Positions 54,800 through 58,991 of a stretch of 58,991 nt of DNA are shown here, piece by piece. The notes below the pieces were generated by a model. The model saw only the letters and a list, made by a program, of their open reading frames with translations. It searched no databases and had not been told where the DNA came from. The translations under genes and the position numbers were made by a program. Source of the DNA: a virus (lineage: Duplodnaviria; Caudoviricetes); IMG/VR virus record IMGVR_UViG_3300008263_000034, positions 1 through 58,991 of that record, one strand, 5' to 3'. Numbering within the stretch: the first letter of the stretch is position 1; each line of letters starts with the position of its first letter.

Positions 54800-56212
54800 T
54801 TATACATCAGTGATCTCGATAACCTCTCCTGCTTTAAATGCGTTGGTAGCAGCGCCAGTTGACAGCCAGAGCAAAGGAAAGTCCACGTAGGTGATCTCGC
54901 TGAGGTCACTGGAGTAGCCGTCAGTCAGGTAGACCATGACATCCACATCCTGTACGTGCTCCGCTACCCAGTCGAAGGCTGGCTTGAACTTCGTACCGCC
55001 GCCGCCCTTCAGCGAGGCTGGCACGGTGTCGCCTGCTTCAAGAGACACGGCATCGGCAACCACATGGGAGACGGATAGTAGGTGAACCCTCTCCGGCTTG
55101 AGGTCGTCGAGTACCGATTGCGCTTCACTGAGGAAGCGGTCATAGGTGCGCTGTCCGATCGAACCAGAGGTGTCGAGCACGAGCACGATCTCTCCGGCAT
55201 TGCGGGTGCGACGTCCAGCTGCAACGAGTCCAGTCGTCTGGAAGATCGCGTTGTTGAACGGCGAGTCCCATCCATTGCGTGATCTCTTAGACAACCATTC
55301 GCGTAGTAGATCAGGCCAGCTCAACGAGGAGCTGGTGCGCTGTCCTTGTAGGCGGCTGGCAGTTGTGCCGCTGTCGCTCTGCTGACGTCGATCTATTTCA
55401 TCGGCGATGAAGATCGAGTCGTTCGCTTCTTCGAGTCGGTCGATGGTTTGCTGTTGCGACTCTCCGTCTTCTGGTTCCGGCTCGAACGTATCCGGTGCGC
55501 CAGTGCCGACAAAGTCTGAGAGATCATCTCCGCTATCGCTGACATCAGAATCGGTATCACTACCACCACTACCAGAAGCATCGTCACCATCATCGTCTTG
55601 GCTGCTGTCTTGATCGTCGCTCTCCCCCTCTTGAGGAGTCTCGCCGTCGTCCGACGTATCATCATCGGCATCATCACCATCATCGGCATCATCGTTAGTA
55701 TCATTGTCTTGTTGTGGTTTGGGGGTGGTCTGGTCTTGTTGTATTGGTTTACTAAGTATTCTGTATAGCTGCTCGGCTGAGTTGTTACCGGACAGCTCCT
55801 CGTCAAGCAGCACGCCACCAATGAAGGGGAATACCTCCTTGCCTATCTCACGATTGCGGTTGGCGATCATCGCGTTGATGACGTAGTCCGCTGCGATGTT
55901 TGCAGTTGTGTGGTTGCCTAACTTGGCGAGCCGCCAGCCGTGACCGAGCAGGGCATGCAACGCCTCATGCACTAGCAGGAATGCGATGAGTCCTGCCCCG
56001 TTGGGTTGGCGGGATAGCTTGTCGATGCCGTTGCGATTGAGGAGTAGCGTCGAGCCGTCCGTTGCACCGTAAGGCACAGCGTCCGACCACTGCCACTTCA
56101 TGGACATCAGCTTGCTGTGGGTGAGGAACCAATACCTACTCGTTGTCCGCATGGCTACGGACAGAGGGTGGTTGGTGTCGAACTGTGTGGGGTCTATTGT
56201 ATTTGTTGTCAT
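54800..56212 (-). CDS. Metallopeptidase-VWA protein (DUF2201-like)
   Basis: ATDG, HEALH, NIAADY.IN; acidic linker; MIDAS DTSGS, GGGT.F and YLTDG. Confidence 0.85.
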   Translation of the reverse strand: MTTNTIDPTQFDTNHPLSVAMRTTSRYWFLTHSKLMSMKWQWSDAVPYGATDGSTLLLNRNGIDKLSRQPNGAGLIAFLLVHEALHALLGHGWRLAKLGNHTTANIAADYVINAMIANRNREIGKEVFPFIGGVLLDEELSGNNSAEQLYRILSKPIQQDQTTPKPQQDNDTNDDADDGDDADDDTSDDGETPQEGESDDQDSSQDDDGDDASGSGGSDTDSDVSDSGDDLSDFVGTGAPDTFEPEPEDGESQQQTIDRLEEANDSIFIADEIDRRQQSDSGTTASRLQGQRTSSSLSWPDLLREWLSKRSRNGWDSPFNNAIFQTTGLVAAGRRTRNAGEIVLVLDTSGSIGQRTYDRFLSEAQSVLDDLKPERVHLLSVSHVVADAVSLEAGDTVPASLKGGGGTKFKPAFDWVAEHVQDVDVMVYLTDGYSSDLSEITYVDFPLLWLSTGAATNAFKAGEVIEITDV

Positions 56213-56235
56213 TGTATTTTTATTTGTGTTGTAGG

Positions 56236-56959
56236 TTAGAGTCCCAATGCGGCGAGCGTCTCGTCAGCCTTGACCGATGCAGCCTCCGCTTTCTTGGCGA
56301 TGCGGACACGCTCGTCTTGCGTCAGACTCCCATCAGGTATGCGGGCGGCATCTGCTACGGCAAGCACTACCTCTTCAATCTCTGGCAGCTCTAGGAAGTT
56401 CAGCTTCTGCACACGCCGTGCTTCGTCGCGCAGCTTGTCGAACTGCGAGAGGTGTAAGCGATCGGCGTTGCGTAAGCGGTTGGAGAACTCTGCGATGACT
56501 GCCTTGAGGTCGTTGATCGGACCAGCACCTGCTCGCTACTTCTGTGGCAGTAGGGATCTGCACCTCGGTGGCGAACGAACCGAGTCGCGTGTTCAATGCA
56601 GCGAGTAGGTCAGGGTATGTTGCGAGGATGTCCTCACGGATTGTATCGAGCTCAGCTTGTGCATCGTCAAAGATGTTCTGAACTTCAGTCACATCCTTGA
56701 TACGTAGGTAGATACCTCCGGTCGGACAGAGCGAACCGCAACGGCGTATGGTTACGCCTGTCTGTTGTTGTAGGCTAATGGCACGACCGACTGCTGTGCC
56801 TCGTGCCGTGAGGATCGTGTTGTATACACGAGCCGCATTGCGGTCAGCTCCGGCGGCGGACACCGCCCTTGCTGATGCGCTACGGTTGAGCGCGTTGGTT
56901 GCTGGTGCTGTTGTGCTGAAGTGGCACAGCACGATGGATTGGAACGTCTTGAGTTGCAT
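56236..56959 (-). pseudogene. DUF3150-like partner of the MoxR/VWA pair, broken by a frameshift near 56528
   Basis: Upstream frame ends ...PTATEVASR; the +1 frame continues AGPINDLKAVIAEFSNRL...LNFLELPEI...LAALGL to a stop at 56236. Confidence 0.6.
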
Positions 56960-57013
56960 TGTGTTATTGTTTTGTGGTATCATCTTATTTTATTTCTATT
57001 GTTTGTTGTTTGT

Positions 57014-58105
57014 TTACGCGAGAATGAGGTCACGGCTTTTCGGATGCTCGTCGAGCGGGATGCCACGACGGGTGGCGGAGCGGGCACCGAACTCACGGAT
57101 GTCGCCACGGCAACGCAGCAGGAGGGACACGAGCCAGTCGAACCCGCCACTGTGCACGGCGATGGCGATGTCCTTAACCCCACGGGTAGCGGTGGCAAGG
57201 CAAGCTGAGACAAGGGCGAACTGCACCGCAGGATCTTCCGGCACGACGAAGTTATCAGGATCAGCCTTGAGGGTGGCGATGTCCGGTAGCTTGTCCACAT
57301 GCTGGAGGAAGGCGAAGTAGGTGCTGGCTGCACGATCCCCGACACTACCGCGAACGAACTTGCGGAACGCTTCTGGCTTGGTATCACGGAACGGATGTGC
57401 CAACGCCACTGCTTCCCATGTGCGGGGGCACGGATGGGGCACGCCGTCATAGGGCATGGTAACCGGAGGGTTGAAGTGATCGAGCCCGTCACCGCTTGTT
57501 GTGCCGAAGCGCAGGAACGCTGGCACATGAGACCCGCTCGACGCTAGTCTCGGCTGGCTGTCAAACCAGTCAAGCCAGTCAGCAACGTTAGGCTCAAGTG
57601 TTACCTTGACGCAACGCTCGGTGAACGGGGCGTCTTCTACAGCGGAGCGCGTGCCGTCCTGTCTGCGGTTAGAAGCACAGACCACGAAGACATTCGAGCC
57701 TAGCTTATGCGGGCCAACCTTCCGGTCACCGGATGCAGGGTACAGGGAACGGAGGAGGGCACGGACAGCAGGATCGTAGTCGTTGCACTCGTCGAGGAAG
57801 AGGAGTGTTGGCTCGTCGCCGACTCGTGCTTGAGTTGGCCAGATGTCAGGAGCATAGAACGACATGTCGTCGCCGTTGGGTTTGCCGTAGCCAATCACCT
57901 CTTGAGGGCCTTGCCCGTTGAGGTTGACCTCCCACACCTTGCGACCCATCTGCGGGGCGAGGACTTTGGTGACGATGCTGGTCTTGCCAGCGCCACCACT
58001 ACCTACGATGAAGAGGAAGCGGTCGGTCGTGACCACCATCTCCGCGAGGTCGAGGAGTTCGGAAGGCTTGACAGGGTTGATGGAGTTACTTGTGTTGGTT
58101 GTCAT
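57014..58105 (-). CDS. MoxR-like AAA+ ATPase
   Basis: Walker A GSGGAGKT, Walker B LLFLDE, ASNR, PRTWE; likely start MTTNTS at 58105. Confidence 0.85.
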   Translation of the reverse strand: MTTNTSNSINPVKPSELLDLAEMVVTTDRFLFIVGSGGAGKTSIVTKVLAPQMGRKVWEVNLNGQGPQEVIGYGKPNGDDMSFYAPDIWPTQARVGDEPTLLFLDECNDYDPAVRALLRSLYPASGDRKVGPHKLGSNVFVVCASNRRQDGTRSAVEDAPFTERCVKVTLEPNVADWLDWFDSQPRLASSGSHVPAFLRFGTTSGDGLDHFNPPVTMPYDGVPHPCPRTWEAVALAHPFRDTKPEAFRKFVRGSVGDRAASTYFAFLQHVDKLPDIATLKADPDNFVVPEDPAVQFALVSACLATATRGVKDIAIAVHSGGFDWLVSLLLRCRGDIREFGARSATRRGIPLDEHPKSRDLILA

Positions 58106-58218
58106 ACTATTTATTTGTTTTCTTTTTTTTTTTATTATGTTGCCGACCATTTATGCTGTCGCAGTCGGCGTTGCGATCGTGTTGTAATTCAGTTTCCTGA
58201 AAGGGTCAATAAGGAATC

Positions 58219-58506
58219 TCAATTATTTTCCTCAGTATACAGTTTGGTTAACCGGATTGCGGAGGCTATCAAGAAGTCGTCTTCTGGATGAGGTAGTTCG
58301 GGTAGCGTCATGCCGTCGGGGGAGATCGGGTGGACGCGAACCGTATCGACATCCATTGAGTAGGTGTCACCTGATTCGGTGATCTCTCCTTGGATTAGAA
58401 ACGGCATTCCGTTTGGCATGATTTCTCTTACAATATTTATAGTGGTGTTGGTTGGTATGTCGCAACAGCACGAATCCCATCCACATTTTTTACATTGCCC
58501 ACTCAT
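58219..58506 (-). CDS. Hypothetical protein with an N-terminal Cys cluster
   Basis: CKKCGWDSCCC. Confidence 0.55.
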   Translation of the reverse strand: MSGQCKKCGWDSCCCDIPTNTTINIVREIMPNGMPFLIQGEITESGDTYSMDVDTVRVHPISPDGMTLPELPHPEDDFLIASAIRLTKLYTEENN

Positions 58507-58548
58507 AATGTCTTATAGGTTAGTCGTTTAGTTTGGTTAGTGTGTAGG

Positions 58549-58881
58549 TTATCGGTCATCGCTCCCTCCTTCCCACTTACCGATGGTGCGGAGATATGCT
58601 TCGGAGCGTTGGGCTGCGGTAGCGTGCCAATCGCCACAAATAAATCTCTCGTTTTTAGCAGAGCCTTCCGAATTGACTAGGTAACGCAGTTCCCTTGCGT
58701 AGTTTAGAAGTGTGAGGGTGTCATTGAGCATGGTCTTCTCCACTTCGTGCATTGCGTTCAAGTCATTTAGATAATCTGGCAAATCGGTGACAAACGTGTA
58801 ATTAGATGGAGCATGGTCGCCATCATGTAGATGGATGCCAACACTCTCTGCAATCGCGATTCGTTGTGCTTCAGGACTCAT
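58549..58881 (-). CDS. Phage protein, ABA-sandwich-like family, paralog 3
   Basis: QRIAIAE, PDYLNDLNAMHEVEK and ATAAQRSEAYLRT. Confidence 0.7.
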   Translation of the reverse strand: MSPEAQRIAIAESVGIHLHDGDHAPSNYTFVTDLPDYLNDLNAMHEVEKTMLNDTLTLLNYARELRYLVNSEGSAKNERFICGDWHATAAQRSEAYLRTIGKWEGGSDDR

Positions 58882-58991
58882 CGCTCCCTCCTTTCGGTCT
58901 TTGGCTTATCCATAGGTCAGCAAATTGCCAAGCAGCTGCAATCTCATCATTTGCTACTTTTCGCTTTCCTTCTAGAAATGCCATTGCGTTT
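58871..58991 (-). CDS. 3' part of the gene crossing the window ends
   Basis: Open frame NAMAFLEGKRKVANDEIAAAWQFADLWISQRPKGGSDES* overlapping the start of 58549..58881. Confidence 0.5.
   Translation of the reverse strand, partial: NAMAFLEGKRKVANDEIAAAWQFADLWISQRPKGGSDES

Noticed and set aside
1-58991. Stop-codon reassignment explaining the split genes
   Set aside because: The breaks are frame changes, not in-frame stops, and coding density is high under the standard code

Overview
This window looks like an essentially complete, circularly permuted ~59 kb genome of a lytic dsDNA tailed phage. It is probably podovirus-like: there is no tape measure or tail sheath gene, and it has giant putative ejection proteins. 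No integrase or phage RNA polymerase is visible. Layout: (1) a minus-strand early region from ~7450 leftwards that wraps across the window ends to ~53400, with small ORFans, paralog families, an amidoligase plus GATase-GGCT pair and a MoxR-AAA/VWA triad; (2) a plus-strand morphogenesis and lysis block (9087-24790); (3) a minus-strand replication block (primase-helicase, PolA, SSB-like, Cas4-like nuclease, SF2 helicase, RNA ligase, RuvC); (4) terminase and internal virion proteins (35349-53399). The most unusual signals are non-coding: a family of ~63-nt covarying RNA hairpins placed between early genes; a tRNA-like RNA with a 6-nt anticodon loop and an extra hairpin in its D-loop; a ~105-bp AT-rich iteron-like element duplicated at near-antipodal map positions; a recurring CAGGATA heptamer motif; and several leaderless sigma70-type promoters. 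Also notable are an ACP-like protein lacking the phosphopantetheine serine and four genes with apparent internal deletions or frameshifts, which may be assembly artefacts. All family calls come from motif recognition by eye; no searches were run.
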